Shown here piece by piece: positions 1 to 9,654 of a stretch of 64,000 nucleotides of DNA. The stretch is from an uncultured delta proteobacterium (GTDB taxonomy: Bacteria > Desulfobacterota > Binatia > UBA9968), in contig CAWJZV010000041.1 of NCBI GenBank assembly GCA_963847445.1, positions 1 through 64,000 of the forward strand. Direction: 5' to 3'. Each line of letters starts with the position of its first letter. Position 1 is the stretch's first letter. The notes below the pieces were generated by a model. That model had not been told where the DNA came from. It was given only the letters and a program-made list of their open reading frames with translations, and made no database searches. Position numbers and translations under genes: made by a program.

Positions 1-72
1 TGAATGATAATCATTCACCCCGTGAATAATCTGCACAGCAGGTTTTTGAGCGATCTCTGGAGCAAGCGCTGC

Positions 73-1062
73 TTATTTCCCCCCCAACTCCTTAAACGCC
101 TCTTCCGCCAGCGACGGCTCGACGATCATTTGCGGTGTGACGGTGGCGGGAATCACCTTGGCGTCTTTTTCGATTTGCAGCAGGATGTCGACGCCGTCCA
201 GGGGAACCCGGCCGTCGCGGCTGAAGGAATTCACCACTACGTCATAGGACTCGCGGGCGAGTTTTTCGTCCATGTTGAAACGTTTGCGGATGACCTCGGT
301 GGTGCCGGCGGCGTTGCTTTGAATGAAGCGCAGCGCTTCGATCTCGGCTTTGAGCACGCGTTTGATCTGCGCGCGGTTAGTTTTAATGCGTTCGACGGTC
401 GTGCCCAGGCCGGAAAATGGGATGACGACGTGGTCCGAAGTCTGCGCCAGGACCGGAAAGCCTTCGCGCTTGAGTTGCACGGAAAAGGGCGGCGCCAGCA
501 CGACGGCGTCGACCCGGCCCATCTTGAAGGTGTCGACCATCAGTTTCTCTTCGCCGATGGCGAGGATCTTGACGTCCTTGTCGATGTCGAGGCCGAACTG
601 GCGCAGGGTGATGCGCGTGCTGACATGGTTGGTGCCGCCGATGGAGGTCAGGCCGATGACAGCGCCTTTTAGGTCTTTGATGCTTTTGTATTTGTTCTGG
701 CCGATGACACTGAAAAACGGCGCCTTGATGCTGGTCGAAATCGCCCGCACCGGCAGGTTGCGCGCCGCCGAGCGGATGATCGAACCGATCAGTTCGGCGT
801 AATCGATGTCGCCGCCGAGCAGCGCCGCCATGGCGATGTTGGGACGCATGACGATCAGCTCCACTTCCGAGCCATGCTTGAGATACAGGCCGCGATCCTT
901 GGCGACGAACGGCACGAGAAATGCCATCGACGTGGTGGCGATGGCGATGCGGACTTTTTCCGGTCCTGGTTTTTCCTGCGCCGGGAGAGGCGCAGGTAAG
1001 AGCGTGACTAGCGCAGTCAAAAACATTCCCACTCGAGCGATCCGTTTCCCTGGCTTTAACAT
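73..1062 (-). CDS. ABC transporter substrate-binding protein, NMT1/SsuA/TauA-like
   Basis: Signal peptide (FLTALVTLLPAPLPAQ), AKDRGLYLKHG, SIKDLKGAVIG motifs; ATG at 1062 preceded by GGAG. Confidence 0.85.
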   Translation of the reverse strand: MLKPGKRIARVGMFLTALVTLLPAPLPAQEKPGPEKVRIAIATTSMAFLVPFVAKDRGLYLKHGSEVELIVMRPNIAMAALLGGDIDYAELIGSIIRSAARNLPVRAISTSIKAPFFSVIGQNKYKSIKDLKGAVIGLTSIGGTNHVSTRITLRQFGLDIDKDVKILAIGEEKLMVDTFKMGRVDAVVLAPPFSVQLKREGFPVLAQTSDHVVIPFSGLGTTVERIKTNRAQIKRVLKAEIEALRFIQSNAAGTTEVIRKRFNMDEKLARESYDVVVNSFSRDGRVPLDGVDILLQIEKDAKVIPATVTPQMIVEPSLAEEAFKELGGK

Positions 1063-1245
1063 CGTTGTTTCAACTCCGTTTCGTCTTTCGCATTGTCGTC
1101 GGCGACCTTGGCAAATATGTCCCAAAGGCGGCTGCAACTCAATGTTCCGTCGGTAGCGGTCTCGATTGGTTGACAGCCAACGGTGCTTCGCATAATTTCG
1201 CGGCCATATTGCAACAGAGCAAAAGTCGAAGAACGAGGGGATTTC

Positions 1246-2265
1246 ATGGTGCACGGTATAATCGCTTGGGTCGGCCTGTTAGTGAGCTTGAGCGCCGCGC
1301 CATTATCGGCGCAAGAGAGTTTCTATCGCGGCAAAACTTTGCGGCTAGTGGTGGGATTTAGCGCCGGCGGCGGATTCGACGTCTACAGCCGCGCGATTTC
1401 ACGCCATATCGGCAAACATATCCCCGGCAACCCCGCGGTGGTGGTCGAAAACATGACCGGGGCTGGCAGCATGGTTGCGGCCAATCATGTATTCCGCGCC
1501 GCGAAAGCAGATGGTCTCACCATCGGCAACATCAACGGCGGTTTGTTTGTCCAACAATTGCTCGGTTGGCCGGGCATCGAGTTCGACGCGGCAAAGTTTG
1601 AACATGTCGGCGTGCCGGTCAAAGACAAGGCCGTGTGCGCCATGACCAAAGCGAGCGGGATCAACAGTTACGAAAGATGGGCCGCGTCGAAGACGCCGAT
1701 TAAACTCGGTGCCACCGGGCCGGGCTCGGCGACGCATAATGTGCCTTTGATTCTGAAAGAGGCGTTGGGACTGCCAATTCAACTAGTCTCGGGTTACAAG
1801 GGCATTGCCGATGTGCGTTTGGCTGCGGAGGGTGGCGAATTGTCCGGCGTCTGCGGTTGGACTTGGGATTCGCTCAAGGCGACGTGGACGCGGGCGCTGG
1901 ATGGCGGCGATGTTTCGATCGTTTTACAAACCGTGCCGCAGGCAATTGCCGAGCTGCCGAAAGTCCCGCTGGCGATCGGTTTGGCGAAGTCTGACGATGC
2001 CAAGCAGCTGATCCAGGCCGGTATTCACGATGTCGCCGACATGACTTATTCCTACGTGCTGCCGCCGCGCACCGCCAAGGAGCGCGCCGATACTTTGCGC
2101 AAAGCGTTTGCCGACACGATGAAAGATCCGGAGTTCCTCGCCGATACCAAGAAATCTCGACTCGGCATCGATCCGATGACCGGCGAGGAATTGCAACGCA
2201 CCATCGCGCGTCTCTTCAAAACACCCGCTGGCGTCGTGGCAAAGCTAAAAGAAGTGCTGAAATGA
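1246..2265 (+). CDS. tctC: Tripartite tricarboxylate transporter substrate-binding protein (TctC/Bug family)
   Basis: GFSAGGGFD, VVENMTGAG, KADGLTIG, GYKG motifs; signal peptide; GAGGGG RBS. Confidence 0.88.
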   Translation: MVHGIIAWVGLLVSLSAAPLSAQESFYRGKTLRLVVGFSAGGGFDVYSRAISRHIGKHIPGNPAVVVENMTGAGSMVAANHVFRAAKADGLTIGNINGGLFVQQLLGWPGIEFDAAKFEHVGVPVKDKAVCAMTKASGINSYERWAASKTPIKLGATGPGSATHNVPLILKEALGLPIQLVSGYKGIADVRLAAEGGELSGVCGWTWDSLKATWTRALDGGDVSIVLQTVPQAIAELPKVPLAIGLAKSDDAKQLIQAGIHDVADMTYSYVLPPRTAKERADTLRKAFADTMKDPEFLADTKKSRLGIDPMTGEELQRTIARLFKTPAGVVAKLKEVLK

Positions 2266-2786
2266 GCGCGGCATCGATGGTCGATCGGATTGACGGCCCC
2301 GCGCTCATCGTCGACGCCTTGAAAACGGCAGGCGTCAACTTCGTCGTGTCGCTGCCGGATGTCAATCTGTCCAAACTGTTGGCGGCGATAGACGCGCAGA
2401 CGGATTTGCCTCATGTCACGCTGTGCCGCGAGGAAGAGGGCATCGGCATCTGCACCGGCGCCTACATCGGCGGGCGCACCGCGGCGATCGTCATGCAGAA
2501 CGGCGGCTTGCTCAATAGTTGTAACGCGCTGACGACGACGGCGCTCAATTTCAATATTCCACTGCTGCTGTTGATTTACTACGCCGGCGACATCGGTGAT
2601 GAAGGGTTCGCGACTCTAGGGTCGGTAACCGAGCCGGTATTGCGCGGCTTGGGCATTCGCTATTTTTTGCTGCGCAAAAATGACGAGATTCCGGCGACGA
2701 TCAAAGGTGCCGTCACATTGGCGGTCGACTCGCGCCGTCCGATTGCCGTGTTAATGAACAAGGACGTATTGGGGATGCGCCGATGA
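2262..2786 (+). CDS. TPP-dependent decarboxylase alpha subunit (ComD / sulfopyruvate decarboxylase-like)
   Basis: VVSLPD, CREEEGIGICTGAY, MQNGG PYR-domain motifs; overlaps next gene (ATGA). Confidence 0.8.
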   Translation: MSAASMVDRIDGPALIVDALKTAGVNFVVSLPDVNLSKLLAAIDAQTDLPHVTLCREEEGIGICTGAYIGGRTAAIVMQNGGLLNSCNALTTTALNFNIPLLLLIYYAGDIGDEGFATLGSVTEPVLRGLGIRYFLLRKNDEIPATIKGAVTLAVDSRRPIAVLMNKDVLGMRR

Positions 2787-3402
2787 AGCGTTACGACTGT
2801 TTGAAGATCGCGAAGGAGGAAATCGGCGATGCTCTGGTCATCACCACGGTTGGCGGTGCCGCCGCGGAATGGAATTCGCTCCGCCCCGGCGACGGCAATT
2901 TTCGCTGCCGGACTTTGGGATTGGTTTCATCGATCGCGCTTGGGTTGGCGATGGCGCTGCCGAACCGGCGAATTGTCGGCATCGATGGCGACGGCGCTCT
3001 GTTGATGAATGCCTGCGGCATGCCGACGCTCGGCTGGCAGAATCCGGCCAATCTCACTTTGCTGGTTTTCGACAATGGCATCTACGAAGCTTCGGGATTA
3101 CGCAACACGGCGACCAGCGCGGGGGCCGATCTGATGGCGATGGCGACTGGCGCGGGCGTCAAGCACGCGTCCTGGGCCGCGTCGCTGGACGAGTTCCGCC
3201 GAACTGTTGCGCCAAGCTCTGGGGCGGAAGGCGTTGTCGATGATCGGCGTTAAGAGTGAAGCCGGCGAAGAGTATTTTAAGAGCTGGCATGAGCTGCCCG
3301 GCTTTCGAGTATGGCGAGGTGGAAAATCTCTATCGCTTCATGCGTCACATCGAGAAACTCGAAGGGCGCCGCATCGTGCCGCTGCCGGGGCCGAGGCATT
3401 AA
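2783..3402 (+). CDS. TPP-binding decarboxylase beta subunit (ComE-like), frameshifted
   Basis: DGDGALLM...FDNGIY TPP motif; continues across frameshifts to ...ENLYRFMRHIEKLEGRRIVPLPGPRH stop at 3402. Confidence 0.75.
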
Positions 3403-3442
3403 TCAAAAAATGCATGACCGGTTTTCCGACTCGGGAGGAGTC

Positions 3443-3516
3443 GGGCGACCGCCGGTCGCCCCTGCGAGGCCCCTCATCCCGGCTCTCTCCCACGTTCGTC
3501 GGCGAGGGAGCCGGAT
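3443..3516. repeat. REP-like palindromes
   Basis: GGGCGACCGCCGGTCGCCC-CTGC hairpin followed by a CCCCTCATCCCGGCTCTCTCCC...GAGGGAGCCGGAT imperfect inverted repeat. Confidence 0.55.
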
Positions 3517-3568
3517 CGGACGGCGAATTGCCTGCACTATGCTTCGTTCGAAGTGAATCAATTCTGCC

Positions 3569-4590
3569 ATGAAATTTGACGTTAGTTTGTTGGTTCACGA
3601 TCTCAGCCAAATGCCGGCATTGGCGCGCTTTGCCGACGAGTTGGGATTCGACGGCATCTGGACCTTCGAGACTTCCCATGAGCCGTATTTACCGCTGGTG
3701 CTCGCGGCGGAACATAGCCGTCGATTGAACATCGGCACCAGCATCGCCGTGGCGTTTCCGCGCAGTCCGACGATTACGGCGCAGATCGCTTGGGACCTCG
3801 CGCGCTACTCCAAGGGGCGATTTATCCTTGGCCTGGGCACGCAGGTGAAGGGGCACAACGAGCGCCGCTTCGGTGTCAAGTGGGAGCGTCCGGTGGACAA
3901 GATGCGCGACTACATTCTCGCCGTGCGCGCGGTGTGGGAGAGCTGGCAGCATCAGACCCGGCTCAACTATCAGGGCGAGTTTTACAAGTTGACGTTGATG
4001 ACGCCGTTCTTCAGCCCGGCGCCCCATCGAATATTCGCGTATTCCAATCTTCGTCGCCGGCGTCAATCGCCGCATGTGCGAGCTCGCCGGCGAATTATGC
4101 GAGGGCTTTCATGTCCACCCGCTCCACACCGAACGTTATCTGCGCGAGAAGATTTTGCCGAACATTGAATCCGGATTGGCGAAGTCGGGGCGCGCGCGCT
4201 CTGCGATCGAATTGTCGAGCAGCATTTTCGTCATTCCCACCGACGACGTAGAGCAGGCGGCCAAGTATGAAGCTGACGTGCGCCAGCAGATTGCGTTTTA
4301 CGCCAGCACACCACCGTACCGGCCGGTGTTCGATTTGGAAGGCTGGGGCGAAACCGCCGATGAACTCAAAGCACTCGCCGCACGCGGCCAATGGAACGAG
4401 ATGCCATCCTTGATTAACCGAGGCGATGCTCGATCGTTTTGCGCTGCGCGGCACTTGGACTGAGTTGCCGGCGAAGCTGCAAAAAAAATACCACGGGCTG
4501 CTCGACCGAGTGAGTTATTATTTCCCTTTGGTGCCGGGCGAGAACGAAGCCGGTTGGCGCGCCACTGCTGCCGGCTTCAAACGGTATTAG
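3569..4590 (+). CDS. LLM-class, probably F420-dependent oxidoreductase (TIGR03617-like), frameshifted
   Basis: GTSIAVAFPRSP, GRFILGLGTQVKGHNERRFG, YKLTLMTPFF, QIAFYASTPPY; three frame segments ending at TAG 4590. Confidence 0.8.
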
Positions 4591-4597
4591 CTATCGT

Positions 4598-4961
4598 TCA
4601 TTTCTCCGCACGGCCGTAGAGCTTGGCAATAAAACCCGACTTTCGCACTTCTTCGTTGGGCCATCCCGACGCGCGCAACTTCAAACCGCGCAACTGATGA
4701 CACCTCGCTGATCGCCAGCGATGTTGCCGCCGGCCATGGCCTGAGTCAAAATCCCGCCGCTGCTGAAGTAAACGCTCTTGACGTTCAAGCCATGTTTCTC
4801 CCACAGCTTGTCGCGCTTGATGATCCGGCGCAGGTTGCCGAGGGAGCCGCGCCGCCGCTGTGGCCGAGAATGACGTTGTTGAACGAGGTTTGTGCCGTGG
4901 CGAGGGACGCCGCGCTAATCACCGACAATAATCCGCTGACGCCTGCAAGGAATCGTCTCAT
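4598..4961 (-). pseudogene. Internally deleted NMT1-like substrate-binding protein remnant
   Basis: GGAGG RBS + MRRFLAGVSGLLSVISAASLATAQ signal, then DKLWEKHGLNVKSVYFSSGG..QAMAGG, then directly a typical C-terminus EEVRKSGFIAKLYGRAEK; most of the middle is missing. Confidence 0.6.
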
Positions 4962-5041
4962 GGTGCCTCCCTGGCGAATTCAATGTCGCAGCCGCATGGC
5001 TACGATCCACAAAACCATCGCGTCATATTCAATGACCCGTT

Positions 5042-5223
5042 CCGTCATGCCGGCGAAGGCCGGCATCCAGGTTTTCTTTCGGCGCCAGACTGAAAACCGC
5101 CTGGATTCCCGTTGCCACGGGAATGACGGAAGAGGACTCGGAGCCGGATGGATTTCTCGCTGCGCTCGAAATGACAGCGTGCTGTTGTTGTCGCCTGTCA
5201 TCCCGAACGGAGTGAGGGATCTC
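5042..5223. repeat. Cluster of four REP-like palindromic units (GTCAT...ATCC/ATCT family)
   Basis: GTCATGCCGGCGAAGGCCGGCATCCAG / CTGGATTCCCGTTGCCACGGGAATGAC inverted pair, and GATTTCTCGCTGCGCTCGAAATGAC / GTCATCCCGAACGGAGTGAGGGATCTC pair. Confidence 0.75.
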
Positions 5224-5243
5224 GTCTTGATCCGCATGGTACG

Positions 5244-6686
5244 TCAGTGTCGCGTGCCGATCATGTCTTTCAGCAGCGCCGGGTATTTCTTGTCGAGTTC
5301 GGCTTTCAATCGATCGCTGACGGCATTTACCGCGGGGAATTTATCTTTCCATTCATAGGGCCGGGTGGCGTCGATGATCGCGCGTGAGTTGAAACCTTTG
5401 CGTTCGCGCGGGATCGCCGGATCGAGGGGGCCGCTCCAGCAGCGGCGCAGGATGTCGATGTTCTCCGGCTCCGAGCGCGTGCCGATGGCCCAGATGACGT
5501 CGTTGGGATTGTAGATGTCGACGTCTTCGTCGACGACGACGACGTAGCGGCCGAGATAGGCGCCGGGCCGGCATTGGCTGGCGATCAGCGCCGCTTGTTT
5601 GGCGTGGCCGGGATAGCGCTGCTTGATTTTTAGAATTGAGAAAAATCGATAGGCGGCGGGGTGGAGCCAGACGCCCTGAACGTCGGGCACGCCGGCGTCG
5701 TCGAGGGCATTCCAGATCAGCGCCGAGCGTTGAATCGAGCGGTGAAAGCCCTGGCCCGCCGACGGACGCAGCGGCGGCTCGCCGCAGAGAATCGGATTAT
5801 TTCTGTAATACAGCGCTTTGATGCGCACCACCGGCTCCGGCCGGGTGGCGCTGGCGTAGTAGCCGGGCCATTCGCCGAACGGTCCTTCGGGAAGATCGTC
5901 GCCGGGAACCATTTCGCCCTCGATGGCGATCTCCGAATAGGCGGGAATCGGCAGTCCGGTCAGCGGTCCGCGCACCAGTTGGATCGGCTCGCCGATGACG
6001 CCGCCGGCGTAGTCGAACTCGCTCATCTTGTTCGGCACGTCGGTACAGCCGGCGAGAAACAAGATCGGATGATGGCCGAAGGACATGACCACGGGGCAGG
6101 GCTTGCCGGCGTCGAAATATTTTTGCCGCTGCACGCGGCCGTGTTTTCCCGGCGAGATGTAAAGCGCGACCGCATCTTTGCCCTGGAGCATCACGCGATA
6201 AGTTCCGGCGTTGATCCAATGCTCTTCGGGATCCTCGGTGATGACCAGATCGTCGGTGCCGATATAGCGGCCGCCGTCTTCCTCATGCCAGCGCGGGATC
6301 GGGAATGCTTCGAGGTCGATATTTTTGTCGACGCGGTTCTCAAAAATCGGCGCGTCTTTGACGAACTGCGCCGGCACCGGTTCGAAGTTGCGGATCTTAC
6401 GGCGCCAGGCCTGAATGAAATCGGTCAGCCCGAGATTCGGGTCGGTGCCCATGGCGATGGCCAGCCGCGGCAGGGTGTCGATCTGGCTGCATAGAATTTC
6501 CATGTCCTGGCGCGCGCCGGGAATCTTCTCGAACAGCATGGCCGGCGGGTTGGCGCTGCGTTCGAGAATCATCTCGACCAAGCCGCCGATGTCCTTGTCC
6601 CAAGGAATGTTTTCGATGCGGCGCAGCTCGCCGATTTTTTCGACTTCGTTCAAGAACGCGCGCAGGTCGTGATTGGCTGGAGTCAT
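5244..6686 (-). CDS. UbiD family prFMN-dependent (de)carboxylase (copy 1)
   Basis: DLRAFL, DGGRYIGT, NAGTYR, EGPFGEWPGYY, VVVDEDVD, IDATRP. Confidence 0.92.
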   Translation of the reverse strand: MTPANHDLRAFLNEVEKIGELRRIENIPWDKDIGGLVEMILERSANPPAMLFEKIPGARQDMEILCSQIDTLPRLAIAMGTDPNLGLTDFIQAWRRKIRNFEPVPAQFVKDAPIFENRVDKNIDLEAFPIPRWHEEDGGRYIGTDDLVITEDPEEHWINAGTYRVMLQGKDAVALYISPGKHGRVQRQKYFDAGKPCPVVMSFGHHPILFLAGCTDVPNKMSEFDYAGGVIGEPIQLVRGPLTGLPIPAYSEIAIEGEMVPGDDLPEGPFGEWPGYYASATRPEPVVRIKALYYRNNPILCGEPPLRPSAGQGFHRSIQRSALIWNALDDAGVPDVQGVWLHPAAYRFFSILKIKQRYPGHAKQAALIASQCRPGAYLGRYVVVVDEDVDIYNPNDVIWAIGTRSEPENIDILRRCWSGPLDPAIPRERKGFNSRAIIDATRPYEWKDKFPAVNAVSDRLKAELDKKYPALLKDMIGTRH

Positions 6687-6702
6687 GTAAAATCCTCGAT
6701 GT

Positions 6703-6750
6703 GGTTCAAATCGTTCAAGCTCGTGTCAAAATGATTCAAGTCGTTAAACC
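6703..6750. repeat. Degenerate ~9-bp tandem repeat (GTTCAAATC-like)
   Basis: gttcaaatc gttcaagctc gtgtcaaaat gattcaagtc gttaaacc in the intergenic gap. Confidence 0.5.
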
Positions 6751-6769
6751 CGAAACCGTTCGGCAAGCT

Positions 6770-7544
6770 TTAGGTCGCCAGCTCGACCGCCGCACGGTGC
6801 ATGACACCGTAGAGATCGACGGCGGCGGTGGCGCAGTATTCCAGGTTGTAGCCTTCGCGGCAGTCGGCGTAGCCGTCCTCCAAGATGCGCTGCATGACCA
6901 GTTTATTAAAACTGCCATGGCCCATGACGCCGTCTTCATGTTCCTTCAAGTCGGCTTCTTCATGGGTCGAGAAGTAAACCGCTTGCTGTTTGGAGAAGCC
7001 GTATTTCTGCGTCAGGGTTCTGAACCACATGGCGGACCAGTGGCCGATGGGTTCTTCGGTCAGCATGGAGAACCACCACTCGGCGACGGTGCCTTCCCAC
7101 ATGAGCTGGCGTTTGAAGTCAAGGATGGCGCGGCACTCGGGCAGCATCGGCTCGCGGAGAATTTCGTCTTGGGTCAAGCCCAAGCGCTTCGGCGGTTTGC
7201 AGCATGACCAGCACATGGCCCGGCGGTTTGGGATGGATGAATTCGTCGGCGATCTTGACGCCGAGGGGCGCCATCAAGTCGGGGTGGCGCTTAAAGAAGC
7301 CGATATGCTTGTGGTACGACACCGAGACCAGGGTGTTGATCTCGACGGTGAAGTTGCCCCAGTTTTTGAAAAATAACTTGACCGCCGGCAGCGGCAGCTT
7401 GCCGTCGAGAAATGGACTCATGAACGGGCCGTTGGTGACCCGTTCCTTCCAGCGTTGAACGACTTTCTTGTTCACCGCGCCGATGTAAGCCTTGGCTTCG
7501 TCCGGGCTCATCTTGACGCCGAGTTTGGGCGCGCTCATGGCCAT
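6770..7544 (-). CDS. Heme-oxygenase-like diiron protein (CADD/TenA/PqqC fold), copy 1, frameshifted
   Basis: DEFIHPKPPGH, LTEEP and YFSTHEEADLKEH match the E..H / E / H-x3-D..H ligand layout of CADD; ORFs 7119-7544 and 6770-7216 join by one indel. Confidence 0.75.
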
Positions 7545-7693
7545 GGAACTTTCCTTCCTAAGAAATTGCTTCTATCCCATGCGCGCGCTTATTTCTAGGG
7601 CGCGAGCGACAGGTTGAGTGAATTCGGAGTCCGCGTTTGTAACGCATCAGCGAGGGCAGATAACATTAAACGGTCATCCGGATCGGCAATAGC

Positions 7694-8166
7694 TTAGCTG
7701 AACAGTGAGAAGATCAGCGGCTCGGGCCAGGGGACATGGAGAATTTTTTCAAAGACTCCGTAGACAAAGCCCCAGGCGATGGCGCTCAGCGTGATGCCGA
7801 GCCGCCAGCTGGCGCCGTAGAATTTACTGTAGACTGAGCACGAACAGCGGCACGGCGATGGGAAAGCCGACGATAACGATGAGCAGATAAAAGCCGATGA
7901 TCCAGGACCAGATTTCGACGTTGCCCCACTTGGATTCGACTGCCATCGTTGGCATCTCGAATTGCGAGCGCTCTTGGTTGGCGTCCGTCCGCTTGGCATC
8001 CAGGATGAATTGCCAGATCGCTAAGACGACGCCGATACCGCCGAGGGCCAAGACGCCGATGGACGCGCGGATCGGCCAATCGCGGGCGAACCATAGGGCC
8101 GACGCCATGACCACGCCGATAAACAGACGTAAACAGCAGCCCTTCGGTTTTCATGCGCGAGTTCAT
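7694..8166 (-). CDS. tctB: TctB-like small membrane subunit, frameshifted
   Basis: Hydrophobic segments, C-terminal VFEKILHVPWP, directly downstream of tctA. Confidence 0.7.
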
Positions 8167-9651
8167 GGTTGCACCGCTTGGCGTTTTTTCTCGCGCCAAT
8201 TCTGCACCATCGGATAGCACAGCGACATCACCAACAGAGCTGCGAGAATCATCACAGCCGGGACGGGTCAACCACTCGAAACCGAAACGGCCGTAGGAAA
8301 GCCAGAGATAGTTCTCCATCTTGTCGCCCAACACCATACCCAAGACTAGCGGTGAACGCGGCCAACCATGACGGCGCATGACGAAGCCGAGAAACGAAAA
8401 GCCGAGTAAGCGCGAGCAAGTCGATGCTGCTGCGATTGGCCGCGAAGGCGCCGATAAACACGAAGACCAAGATCATCGGCACCAAGGAGAAAAACGGCAT
8501 GAAGCACATGCGCGAGATCGGTTTGATAAACGCCAAGCAGATCGCCACGGCGATGATGTTGGCGATGGTCAGCGTCCAGACCACGGCGAAGGTGAGATTG
8601 AGCTGGGTGGTCAGCATCTCCGGGCCGGGGTTGATGCCGACGGCGATCAGCGCGGTGAGAATCAAAGCCGTCGAGGTCCCGCCGGGAATGCCGAAGGCGA
8701 GGGTTGGAATGTAGTCGCCGGCTTCCTTGGAATTGTTCGACGATTCGGCGGCGATGACACCGCGGATATCGCCCTTGCCGAAGTTCTCTGGTGTTTCTCG
8801 GTCTGCACCGCGTGGGCATAGGCGAACCAGTCGGCCACCGAGCTGCCGAGGCCGGGCAGGAAGCCGACCCAAATGCCGATGGCCGAGGCGCGCAGGGTCA
8901 GCCACCAGTGGTGAAAAACATCGCGCGCCCCTTGCCAGAAGCCTTCGCCCAGCTCTTGGGTTTCGGCGACTTTGGTTTTGCGCGCCGCGAGATCGATGCA
9001 TTCCGGGATGGCGAAGACGCCAAGCGCGACCAGCACCAAGTCGATGCCTTCGATCAAATACGCGGTGTCGAAGGTGAAGCGTTCGATGCCCGATTTATCG
9101 TCGGCGCCGACGGCGGCGATGAAGATGCCGAGAATTCCGGCCAGTAGTCCTTTCAAAGGCACGTTGCCGCTCAAGACGCCGACCATGGTGATGCCCCATA
9201 GAGTGAGCATGAAAAATTCCGGCGAGCCGAAGGACAGCACCAGCGGCCGCAAGAATGGCAAAGAGGCAAGCAAGACTACAGGACCGATGAGACCGCCGAT
9301 CAGCGAAGCGAAGAACGAGGCGCTCAACGCGCGCATGGCTTGGCCCTGCTTGGCGAGCGGATAACCGTCGAGCACGGTCGCCTGCGATCCCGAGCCGCCG
9401 GGGACGGAGATTAACACCGCGGTGAAGGCGCTGGCGGTATTGCCGACGGCGTCGAAGCCGACGAGTAAAGCGATGACGGCGTAGGGGTCTTTCATCGTCA
9501 TCACGAAGGGCAGCATGATGGCGAGTGTGCTCGGGCCGCCGATGCCGGGCAGGAATCCCACCAGGCTGCCGAGCAAAACGCCGAGGCACATCAGTGCCAG
9601 CGAGTGGGGTGTGAGAACCTGATAAAGCCCTTCAAGGGCGGCTTCAATCAT
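8163..9651 (-). CDS. tctA: Tripartite tricarboxylate transporter permease TctA, frameshifted
   Basis: GFLPGIG, VPGGSGSQATVLDGYPLAKQG, GFLPGLG, ESSNNSKEAG..IPTLAFGIPG. Confidence 0.88.
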
Positions 9652-9654
9652 CGA

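Noticed and set aside
5042-5223. CRISPR array
   Set aside because: Units are inverted and non-identical, with no regular spacers and no cas genes.
4792-5358. 188-aa ORF and overlapping 85-aa ORF
   Set aside because: Translation of REP palindromes (VMPAKAGIQ, LDSR..GND) and antisense of neighbouring genes.
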